From: an uncultured Alphaproteobacteria bacterium
GTDB taxonomy: Bacteria > Pseudomonadota > Alphaproteobacteria > HIMB59 > GCA-002718135
Length of the DNA: 64,000 nt
Reading direction: 5' to 3'
Assembly: GCA_902577425.1 (NCBI GenBank)
Contig: CACGZD010000001.1
Location: 401,513-465,512, forward strand
Position 1 is the stretch's first letter. Every line of letters starts with the position of its first letter. A program made the position numbers and the translations under genes. Under the pieces are notes generated by a model. It saw only the letters and a program-made list of their open reading frames with translations, was not told the DNA's origin and did not search any database. Below are positions 55,655-63,446 of this stretch, piece after piece.

Positions 55655-56502
55655 GTAAAAGTAAAAATTTAATTTGGATTGCTTCGTATCCAAAAAGTGG
55701 CAACACATGGATGCGCTCACTTTTAACTTCACTAATTTATACTAATGATGGATTATTTGACTTTCAACTTTTGCCTAAAATAGATCAATTTGAAAAAAAA
55801 AATAATTTTTCTTTTGTAAAAAAATTAAAATCTTCAGATTTTGACAATCTTGACAAAATGGAAATTGTATCAAAATATTGGCATGAAGCTCAAGAAAGGT
55901 TAGATTATAGTGATTTGATTTTTTTTAAAACTCACAGCTCAAATTATAATCATAAAAACTTGAAGTACGCAAATTTAAACAAAACTAGAGGTTGTATTTA
56001 CCTTGTACGTGATCCAAGAGATATTGCAATTTCCTATTCTAAATTTATGGGTTGCTCTATAGATGAAACCATTGATTACATGCTAGCCCCTTCAAGACAA
56101 ATTTGGAATCAAGAAAAAACAGTTGGCATTATTATATCAAGATGGGACTATCACATATCTTCTTGGATAAACTTAGATACTCCAAAAATTTTTATTAGAT
56201 ACGAAGACTTGCTTAACAATACAAAAAAAGTTTTAAAAGAGTTAATACAATTTTTGCAGGGACCATTAAAAATAAAAATAGAATTAAGTGAAGAGAAAAT
56301 TGAAAATATTATTAAAACAACTTCTTTTGATTTATTAAAAAATAAAGAAAATAAGGATGGTTTTAGGGAAGCTTCAAAAAATTCACCTTTTTTTAGGGAG
56401 GGCAAAAGTATGCAATGGAAAAAAATACTTAGCCAAGATCAAGTAAACAAAATTGAAGTCAACCTTGAAAAGTATATGAAAAAATTTAACTATATAATAT
56501 AA
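55651..56502 (+). CDS. SULT-like sulfotransferase, copy 3
   Basis: 283 aa with YPKSGNTWMR, FFKTHSS, YLVRDPRDIAIS and FFREGKSMQWKKIL. Confidence 0.8.
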   Translation: MSKSKNLIWIASYPKSGNTWMRSLLTSLIYTNDGLFDFQLLPKIDQFEKKNNFSFVKKLKSSDFDNLDKMEIVSKYWHEAQERLDYSDLIFFKTHSSNYNHKNLKYANLNKTRGCIYLVRDPRDIAISYSKFMGCSIDETIDYMLAPSRQIWNQEKTVGIIISRWDYHISSWINLDTPKIFIRYEDLLNNTKKVLKELIQFLQGPLKIKIELSEEKIENIIKTTSFDLLKNKENKDGFREASKNSPFFREGKSMQWKKILSQDQVNKIEVNLEKYMKKFNYII

Positions 56503-56508
56503 CTTTAT

Positions 56509-56531
56509 AATTTATTGTAACCAAATAAATT
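56509..56531. terminator. All-A/U 8-bp hairpin between convergent sulfotransferase genes (weak candidate bidirectional terminator)
   Basis: AATTTATT (56509-56516) pairs with AATAAATT (56524-56531) around a 7-nt loop. It lies in the 31-nt convergent gap. Confidence 0.25.
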
Positions 56532-56533
56532 GA

Positions 56534-57352
56534 CTACAAATAACCAAGCTCTTTCATTACATCTCCAAACTTATCTTCTATTTTTTTAATTTGATCGCTA
56601 TTTAAAATTTTCTGCCATGTATTGGTTTTGCCAGTACGAAAAAAAGGACCGTTCATTGATTCAATAAATCCTTTTTTTTCTTCTAGTTCTTTAAGGTTTT
56701 TAAACTCAATGACTTTTAAAACTTTTTTTATTTTATTTAAATCATAATCAATATCAGTATATCTTGATAACAAATAAACAATAGAACTAAAAAAATTTAC
56801 AGGATCATTAATTAAATCTTCATATTTAATAAATATACTTGGAACTGAATTAAAAGATTTCCATGATTGATAACTAAGCATCCAATTTACTTTAGTTTCA
56901 TAACCAACTCTATTAATTTTATCTTTGCCAATAAACATTTCTATCTGTTCCTCAATTGATATGCCACTATGACTAGCATATGAAACTGCTACTTCTCTGG
57001 GGTCTCTGATTAAATAAATAAACATTAATGTGTTTTGTTCATTGGTAAATTCATAACCATTTATTTTTCCAAAAAAATGATGTGTTTTGTAAATTAAATC
57101 TTTTTGATTAAATTTACTAATTAGTTTTTGCTGCATATCAATACAATGTTTGTAATAAACAAAATTTGTATTTAAATCTATATTTGGAAAGGCCTTTGAA
57201 AAAGTTTCTTTGTGTTCAAACTTTGGAATTTTACTCAATAGAGAAAAATCTAGTTCATCTTTTTCTGAATAAATATAATGGCTTAAAAAAATCCTTACAT
57301 ATGTATTCCCGCATTTTGGATAAGAAGAAAGCCAAATAATACCTTTTTTCAT
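56534..57352 (-). CDS. SULT-like sulfotransferase, copy 4 (most divergent)
   Basis: 272 aa with YPKCGNTYVR (Ser replaced by Cys in the loop), YKTHHF, YLIRDPREVAVS and FFRTGKTNTWQKIL. Confidence 0.75.
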   Translation of the reverse strand: MKKGIIWLSSYPKCGNTYVRIFLSHYIYSEKDELDFSLLSKIPKFEHKETFSKAFPNIDLNTNFVYYKHCIDMQQKLISKFNQKDLIYKTHHFFGKINGYEFTNEQNTLMFIYLIRDPREVAVSYASHSGISIEEQIEMFIGKDKINRVGYETKVNWMLSYQSWKSFNSVPSIFIKYEDLINDPVNFFSSIVYLLSRYTDIDYDLNKIKKVLKVIEFKNLKELEEKKGFIESMNGPFFRTGKTNTWQKILNSDQIKKIEDKFGDVMKELGYL

Positions 57353-57454
57353 ATTTAAATAATTTTACAAATTTTCTTTGATTGTATTAAATCTATATTA
57401 AAATATTATTATAATTTAAATACTCTATAATATCAAAAATTTTAATTTTAAGGT

Positions 57455-58345
57455 TTGTATCAGGTGCATAAAAAAATAATTTGGGTGGCTTCTTATCCAA
57501 AAAGTGGGAATACTTGGTTAAGGTCAATCTTATCATCTTTGTTTTATTCTTCAGATGGAAAGTTTAATTTTGAGTTATTGCAATATATTAAGCATTTTGA
57601 TTCCCCTGAAAATTATTTATTTGTTAAAAAAATAAATAAAAATGATTATGAAAATTTGTCAAAAATTAAAGTTATTTCAAAATATAGAATTCAATCACAA
57701 GAAAAATTAATAACTAAAAAAAATTTTATTTTTTTCAAAACACATAGTGCTAATGTATCCCTAAATAACCATCAATATACTAATAATAAAAATTCATTTG
57801 GATTAATATATATAGTAAGAGATCCAAGGGATATTGTAATTTCTTACTCAAAATATCAAAACATATCCATAGACCGTGCAATCGAAAAAATTACCAATAA
57901 AGCTGTTATCGAATATAGTGGTTTTAAAAATAACGATAAATTTCCTTCATTAATAACCAATAAATTACCTTACATAATGAGTAGCTGGGATATAAATTTT
58001 ACCAGCTGGGAAAGATTAGATACTCCTCAGTTGTTTATTAAATATGAAGATTTAATAAATGATCCATTGTTAATTATGAAAAAGATAACAACATTTTTTC
58101 AAAATAAAATAGAAATAGAAATAGAAAACTTAGATAGTAAAATTGAAAATATAGTTAATACAACAAATTTTCAATTTTTAAAAAAACAGGAACAAAAATA
58201 TGGCTTTAGTGAATCAACTACATATTCAGATTTTTTTAGAAAAGGTACTAGTAATCAATGGAAGGCAATTCTTACAAAAAAACAAGCTGAAAGAATTGAA
58301 AAGGCCTTCAAGCCTCTTATGAAAAGACTTGGATACATAACATAA
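57455..58345 (+). CDS. SULT-like sulfotransferase, copy 5
   Basis: 296 aa with YPKSGNTWLR, FFKTHSA, YIVRDPRDIVIS and FFRKGTSNQWKAIL. The start is either TTG 57455 or GTG 57464. Confidence 0.8.
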   Translation: MYQVHKKIIWVASYPKSGNTWLRSILSSLFYSSDGKFNFELLQYIKHFDSPENYLFVKKINKNDYENLSKIKVISKYRIQSQEKLITKKNFIFFKTHSANVSLNNHQYTNNKNSFGLIYIVRDPRDIVISYSKYQNISIDRAIEKITNKAVIEYSGFKNNDKFPSLITNKLPYIMSSWDINFTSWERLDTPQLFIKYEDLINDPLLIMKKITTFFQNKIEIEIENLDSKIENIVNTTNFQFLKKQEQKYGFSESTTYSDFFRKGTSNQWKAILTKKQAERIEKAFKPLMKRLGYIT

Positions 58346-58429
58346 AATTTAAAATATCTTTTTAAAATATTAAATGACTTAAAAGAAAATCCTGATCAAT
58401 ACAAATTAAAATTAAAAATAATAAACTTT

Positions 58430-58924
58430 CTAACTCTTAAATAAATTATATTTTTTAATAATATCAGAGCAAATACCATAATATTTTTTATTTTTTATTT
58501 TCTTGATATCATAAATACCCAATTTTTCAGGCAAAACTAATATTGTTTTTTTTGCAACATATAAATCTTTAGAAAAATAATCTTTGTTTGTTTCACAATG
58601 TGGCCAAATAAATTTTTTTGAAGTAATTACAAATTTATCAGTATCATGCCAAAAATAATTATAAAATATTTTAGACTCACTTAAAAAAAATAATGCATCA
58701 TCATTTTTAGCATGTATCCATAATTTCTTTTCATGTTCTTTTAAAAATTTTTCATCAATAGCAAATTCACCATGATCATGTCCGAGGAATAGTTTTTTAT
58801 TTACTACCCATAAATCAATCTCAACATCATATCCTAATTCTATAGCTGCTAAAATATAATCTGGCTTATTTTCATCATCAAAATTAATTTTATCTAAATT
58901 ACCTCTGTGAGAAATTAATATCAT
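58430..58924 (-). CDS. Short glycerophosphodiester phosphodiesterase (GDPD)-like protein
   Basis: 164 aa with ISHRGN, VEIDLW and FLGHDHG in the order of the GDPD catalytic motifs. It is much shorter than canonical GDPD enzymes. Confidence 0.4.
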   Translation of the reverse strand: MILISHRGNLDKINFDDENKPDYILAAIELGYDVEIDLWVVNKKLFLGHDHGEFAIDEKFLKEHEKKLWIHAKNDDALFFLSESKIFYNYFWHDTDKFVITSKKFIWPHCETNKDYFSKDLYVAKKTILVLPEKLGIYDIKKIKNKKYYGICSDIIKKYNLFKS

Positions 58925-58966
58925 TTTAATAATATTTAAATCAAATTAATATTGAACATTCTTAAA

Positions 58967-59290
58967 TTATTCAACTTCAACTTTATCCCCTATAATAGAA
59001 GGTATTTTGATACATAGTATTTCGCAATCTTCTAAAAAAACAGGTTTGGCAATTTCCTTGGGCTCTAAAACAAATATATCTTTTTCATGTATCAGCTTAT
59101 CATTAATTATCATTTTTCCTTTTAACAATACATTAATCTCAGTTATTTTGTTATGATAATGAGTTGGCCATTTTTGATTTTTTGGATGTCTTAATATGCC
59201 TACTTCAAATTCATTTGTTTTTAGAACACTAGGTAAAAAATTACCTACAAGCCAACCATCTTTCATATCTTTTAATTTATAATTTTTCAT
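58967..59290 (-). CDS. Small cupin-fold protein
   Basis: 107 aa. Cupin motif 1 fits exactly: HYHNKITEINVLLKG matches HxH-x4-E-x6-G. There is no clear motif-2 His. Confidence 0.55.
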   Translation of the reverse strand: MKNYKLKDMKDGWLVGNFLPSVLKTNEFEVGILRHPKNQKWPTHYHNKITEINVLLKGKMIINDKLIHEKDIFVLEPKEIAKPVFLEDCEILCIKIPSIIGDKVEVE

Positions 59291-59993
59291 TTTTAAAAAA
59301 ATAATCTAAGTCTATTACATTGCCTAAAGAATAGTGGTTTTCTTTTTCTAAATTAAAATATCCAATTTTGTAACCTTTATTAATCATATAATTATAAGTT
59401 GGGCCAATATAAAATTCTCCATTGGGAGCTCGGTCATTTTTGGATATCATTTCATTTGCAGAATCAACAAAAAAAGATGCCTTTCTCCAATAATGAACCC
59501 CATTTAAAGAATGTTCACTAATTACTTCTTTCTCTTTAATTTCAACCACATAACCATTGTGAATTTTTGCATAAGAATTATGTACTACGTTTGTTTTGTA
59601 TGTCACTATTAATCCATCTATTTCTTTTTTTTGAGTTTCATTTACAAAATCTTGAATATTCCAGTTCATGTATTGATCACAATTGGTAATTATCAATTCA
59701 TCTTCAATATCTAAATATTTGTAAGCAAGAAGAGCAGAACACGCCGGACCTTGTGTGTATTCATTTGTTGTTACTATTTGGCAATTTGGAATTTGTTTTG
59801 TTAAAACTTCTTTTAATTCAGAAACAAAATCATTATTCTTTAAAATAAAAAAAAATTTAGCTTTAATATTAAAGTTTTCTAAAGCCCTAATAATCATTGG
59901 CTTGCCATAAATATCAATTAATGGCTTTGGTTTAGTATACTTAGAATTTTTAAATCTTAAACCTCGACCTGCTATTGGGATTAATATTTGCAT
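59277..59993 (-). CDS. Sugar/polyol-phosphate nucleotidyltransferase (GT-A-fold NTP-transferase)
   Basis: 238 aa with N-terminal ILIPIAGRGLRF...KPKPLI (the GxGxR...K signature). It overlaps the cupin gene by 14 nt. Confidence 0.7.
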   Translation of the reverse strand: MQILIPIAGRGLRFKNSKYTKPKPLIDIYGKPMIIRALENFNIKAKFFFILKNNDFVSELKEVLTKQIPNCQIVTTNEYTQGPACSALLAYKYLDIEDELIITNCDQYMNWNIQDFVNETQKKEIDGLIVTYKTNVVHNSYAKIHNGYVVEIKEKEVISEHSLNGVHYWRKASFFVDSANEMISKNDRAPNGEFYIGPTYNYMINKGYKIGYFNLEKENHYSLGNVIDLDYFFKNEKL

Positions 59994-60081
59994 AAAAAAA
60001 TTATTATTTTGTATCTATAGAAAAATACAGGTGTTTCATAATATTAATGTTGAATTTCAATAATAAATATAAATTTATAGT

Positions 60082-60735
60082 TTAAATTGATATTTTTTCT
60101 CCTATTAAATCGTAGTCAGCAGAATATATTTTTTTAATTTTTTTAAGTTGTTCTTTATTTAAAGAAACTTTTAGCTCACTTTTCCCAGTTTGAATATGAG
60201 GAAACAAAATTTTATTTTCAAAAAAATTGTTAACTTTTGTCTCAAATATTTTAATGTTAGAAACATTAGCAACAATAGTAAAATAGTTTATATTATTACC
60301 TAACCAAAATGATTGGGGCAAAAAGTGTTTATTTTCAAATAAATTATTTTCTAATTTTTCAATAACTTGATCTATGCTGTAATTATTAAATGCTAAATCT
60401 CGATGGTACAGTATTCTATTGTTATAACAAGAAATAAATCTATTTACTGGATCTCTTATTAAACAGCATTTTTCATCAACATCAATTTTTTTAAAAGGAG
60501 TGTAGGATGGTAAAAAACTTACTAGATTTTTTTTCTCTTTGTTTTCATCAATTAAGCTTTGATTTATTTTATATCTAGGAATATCATCCTCGAGAAAATA
60601 AAATTTATTTTCTAAACCCAAATGCTTTAAAAAAAACAATTTAGCAGAAGAATTTGCATTTTTAGCAACTGGATAAAAAACTAATTTTTTCTTGTGACGA
60701 TTAGTAAAAATGGCATATTCATTTCTTTGGTTCAT
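60082..60735 (-). CDS. Possible sulfotransferase family 2 (PF03567-like) protein
   Basis: 217 aa. IRDPVNRFISCY resembles the family-2 3'-phosphate motif (RxPxxRxxSxY). The N-terminal YPVAKNANSSAK is a degenerate PAPS-loop candidate. Confidence 0.4.
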   Translation of the reverse strand: MNQRNEYAIFTNRHKKKLVFYPVAKNANSSAKLFFLKHLGLENKFYFLEDDIPRYKINQSLIDENKEKKNLVSFLPSYTPFKKIDVDEKCCLIRDPVNRFISCYNNRILYHRDLAFNNYSIDQVIEKLENNLFENKHFLPQSFWLGNNINYFTIVANVSNIKIFETKVNNFFENKILFPHIQTGKSELKVSLNKEQLKKIKKIYSADYDLIGEKISI

Positions 60736-60836
60736 GATATTTATAGAAATTAATAATATAATTATAATATAAAATAAAATAAAAAATTAGCATTGCTGAA
60801 TTACTCAAAAATAAATATAAATTTTAATTAACATAA

Positions 60837-61649
60837 ATGAAAAATTATAAAAAAGGGTGTATTTTAATTATAGGACAATTAAGATTTCATTTGTTAAATA
60901 AAATTTTTTTTGAAAATCATAAAAATGATTTTGATTTTTTTGCAGTTATTGATTCTAATAGTGAAGAAAAATTAGATGACCTCAGCTTTATCAAAGAATT
61001 CTTTATTGTAGAAAAAAACTTAAAAGAATTAAAAGATCAAAAAAAATTGTTAAAAATCAAAGATGGTCATAAACTTTTACAATGGCAAAAACTCAAAATT
61101 GGTTACCGGCTTATAGAAAAATATATAAAAAAAAATAATATAGAATACGAAAATTTTTTTAAAATAAGATCAGATATTCTTTATAAAAATGAAATGCTTC
61201 ATAATTTAAAAATTAATAATAATTATTTTTACATGAATACGGATTACTGTTTTGGATCAATGTATAAAAATTTTTCTATAGTTAGTAACTTTTATATTGA
61301 AGCACAAAAAGATTTTTACAATAATTTTAAATTTTTTAATCTTAATTTATCTAATTTAGATCTATGTGATATTGAAGCAGCAAGATTTTTTTGGCTTAAA
61401 TACCCATATGAAATTATATGTAACCCTCAACCACCTAAAAATCTTCAAGAATTAACAACCAGGATAATTAAAAATAAAAATCTAATTACAAAAGCCGAAA
61501 CTAATAAATTTAAAATTTATTGTGCAAGAAAGAACTGGGAAAATATTATATTTCCTTCCGAACCATCTTTTTTACATTTTTTATTAAATAAAAACTTTAT
61601 TATAAAAAGATTATTTTCTAATAAAAAAATGATAATAAAAAGAAACTAA
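60837..61649 (+). CDS. Hypothetical protein with no recognisable family
   Basis: 270-aa ORF in an extremely AT-rich stretch, divergent from the 60082-60735 gene. Confidence 0.4.
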   Translation: MKNYKKGCILIIGQLRFHLLNKIFFENHKNDFDFFAVIDSNSEEKLDDLSFIKEFFIVEKNLKELKDQKKLLKIKDGHKLLQWQKLKIGYRLIEKYIKKNNIEYENFFKIRSDILYKNEMLHNLKINNNYFYMNTDYCFGSMYKNFSIVSNFYIEAQKDFYNNFKFFNLNLSNLDLCDIEAARFFWLKYPYEIICNPQPPKNLQELTTRIIKNKNLITKAETNKFKIYCARKNWENIIFPSEPSFLHFLLNKNFIIKRLFSNKKMIIKRN

Positions 61650-61654
61650 ACATT

Positions 61655-61834
61655 ATGAGTAATTTACAATGGTATGCTTATCTTTCAGGAGTTGTAACCT
61701 TCTTTCTAGGTTGTTTCTTTTATTATCAATCAAGAAAAGAAGGTTTATCTGAGAAACAGAAGGTAGTTAGAAGGAGGATAATGAACTTCTTTTTAATTAT
61801 AGGTTTTATCTGTGTAGTTTTCTCATGGGTATAA
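61655..61834 (+). CDS. Unlisted 59-codon ORF encoding a two-helix small membrane protein
   Basis: ATG 61655 lies 5 nt after the upstream stop, and the ORF ends at TAA 61832-61834. Product: MSNLQWYAYLSGVVTFFLGCFFYYQSRKEGLSEKQKVVRRRIMNFFLIIGFICVVFSWV. Two hydrophobic helices flank a basic loop. Confidence 0.4.
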   Translation: MSNLQWYAYLSGVVTFFLGCFFYYQSRKEGLSEKQKVVRRRIMNFFLIIGFICVVFSWV

Positions 61835-61892
61835 AAATAAAAATTTATTTTGTTTCACTGCAAGTTTTCTAATACAAAAAACTAGAAAAAAT

Positions 61893-61967
61893 TGGAGCGG
61901 GCGAAGGGATTCGAACCCTCGACTTCAACCTTGGCAAGGTTGCGCTCTACCCCTGAGCTACGCCCGC
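61893..61967 (-). tRNA. tRNA-Gly (anticodon GCC), CCA encoded
   Basis: The reverse complement folds by hand as a cloverleaf: GCGGGCG-TA-GCTC-AGGGGTA-GAGC-G-CAACC-TTGCCAA-GGTTG-AAGTC-GAGGG-TTCGAAT-CCCTT-CGCCCGC-T-CCA. Confidence 0.9.
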
Positions 61968-62052
61968 TTTAAAAAAGAAATAACATTAAGAAAATTAATG
62001 ATATTTAGTTTAAAAAAACATATTATTTATTTCATATTATATATAAACACAA

Positions 62053-62562
62053 ATGCTTAGTGAAAAAAAATTACTCGATTTAATTGACAAAAAAGGCATA
62101 AATTCAAAGTTATATACTCATGAACCATTATCTACTGTGGAAGAATCAATGAGACATAGAGGAGAAATAGAAGGTGCGCATTCTAAAAATCTGTTTTTTA
62201 AAAATAAAAAAAATGAATTTTTTTTATTTTCATGCCTAGAAAATACGATTGTAAATATTAAAAAAATTTCAAAATCTCTGTCTCTTGGAAACATATCTTT
62301 TGCAAATGAGCAGTATTTGTCTTTATATTTAGGTGTAAAACCAGGTGCGGTAACACCTTTTGGGCTATTAAACGATATTGAAAATAAAGTTGTTTTTTTT
62401 TTAGATAATAATTTTTTTAATTACAAAATTGTAAACTTTCACCCCCTTACTAATACATCTACTATTAGTATGAATATTAATGATTTTATCAATTTTCTCA
62501 TTGAAAATAAAAAAAAGGTAAATATCTATGATTTTAACAACTATTCTCTTATAAAGTCTTAA
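62053..62562 (+). CDS. YbaK/ProX-type aminoacyl-tRNA editing domain protein
   Basis: 169 aa with HSKNLFFKNKK and GVKPGAVTPFGLLND blocks typical of prolyl-tRNA-synthetase-associated domains. Confidence 0.75.
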   Translation: MLSEKKLLDLIDKKGINSKLYTHEPLSTVEESMRHRGEIEGAHSKNLFFKNKKNEFFLFSCLENTIVNIKKISKSLSLGNISFANEQYLSLYLGVKPGAVTPFGLLNDIENKVVFFLDNNFFNYKIVNFHPLTNTSTISMNINDFINFLIENKKKVNIYDFNNYSLIKS

Positions 62563-62572
62563 GACAAATTAT

Positions 62573-63439
62573 ATGAATGAAAATTTAAATATTCTGGAAA
62601 TTAAAGAAGATGAGTTTGATGAAAAAGTTCTTAAAGATTCATCTGTTTCTTTAGTATTAGTTGATTTCTGGGCCCCTTGGTGTGGACCTTGCAAACAATT
62701 AACTCCCCTTCTAGAAAAAGTAGTTAATAGCTCAGACGGAAAAGTAAAATTAGTAAAAATAAATATAGATGAAAACCAACAAATCGCTGCTCAGTTAAGA
62801 ATTCAATCAATTCCTGCTGTATTTGCATTTAAAGATGGGCAGCCAGTAAATGCATTTCAAGGCGTTATTCCAGAAAAAAAAATAATTGAATTTATAGAAA
62901 AATCTTTAGGAGAAAAAATTGAAGAAGATCACACTGAGTTTTATGAATCAATTAAAAGTTTAATTGCAAACAATGAATATAATGAAGCAAAAAATTTATT
63001 AGAAAATTTTTTAGCTAAAAACTCTAAAGAGTTTGAGAGTTTTGCTCTATACATAAACTGCCTTAGTGAACTTGAACAATTCGAAGAAGCTGATGATTTT
63101 TACAAATCTTTAAGTAAAGAGGCGTTGGAAAATAATAAAGTTAAGGGGGCTATAAAAAAACTTTCAATAAAGAAAAAAAATTCTAAGGGTCCTGCCCTAG
63201 AAGAACTAATAAATAAGTTAAAGAATAATCCTTCAGATATTAATATTATTGTGGATTTAGCTGATAAATATTTTGCAAGTGATATGATTGATGAGGCTTT
63301 TAATTTGTTGCTACAGAACTATAAAAATCATAAAGAAAAAATTAAAATTAAATTTATTGAATTCTTTAGCGCATTAGGAAATGATCACTTAAAAACAATA
63401 GAGTATCGTAAAAAGTTTTCTTCTATAATGTTTTCTTAG
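62573..63439 (+). CDS. Thioredoxin-domain protein with a TPR-like C-terminal domain (YbbN/CnoX-like)
   Basis: 288 aa with an N-terminal thioredoxin fold (active site WAPWCGPCK) and a helical C-terminal half. Confidence 0.85.
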   Translation: MNENLNILEIKEDEFDEKVLKDSSVSLVLVDFWAPWCGPCKQLTPLLEKVVNSSDGKVKLVKINIDENQQIAAQLRIQSIPAVFAFKDGQPVNAFQGVIPEKKIIEFIEKSLGEKIEEDHTEFYESIKSLIANNEYNEAKNLLENFLAKNSKEFESFALYINCLSELEQFEEADDFYKSLSKEALENNKVKGAIKKLSIKKKNSKGPALEELINKLKNNPSDINIIVDLADKYFASDMIDEAFNLLLQNYKNHKEKIKIKFIEFFSALGNDHLKTIEYRKKFSSIMFS

Positions 63440-63446
63440 TCCCAAA

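Noticed and set aside
5382-56405. The remaining short track ORFs that lie inside or antisense to larger genes. Examples: 5382-5582, 7961-8143, 11487-11669, 12960-13232, 13308-13502, 16859-17119, 17279-17461, 20074-20307, 21705-21890, 22325-22618, 25239-25592, 25813-26010, 27663-27932, 28832-29035, 32343-32561, 32868-33080, 37541-37828, 38981-39187, 41509-41712, 46445-46862, 47531-48117, 49571-49756, 50733-50999, 51887-52135, 54836-55183 and 56151-56405.
   Set aside because: Each is nested in a longer ORF that has recognisable family motifs. None has its own RBS or a recognisable motif, so I treat them as frame shadows.
58967-59290. The small cupin as a DddK-like DMSP lyase. SAR11 DddK is a small cupin with an HYH motif.
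   Set aside because: Only cupin motif 1 (HYH...E...G) is shared. The second motif with its metal-binding His is not evident, and the gene sits in a nucleotidyltransferase operon. That is not enough for a DMSP-lyase call.
55497-61967. A mobile genomic island integrated at tRNA-Gly
   Set aside because: I could find no integrase, recombinase, transposase or direct repeat of the tRNA 3' end by eye. I keep only the weaker statement that this may be a variable region.
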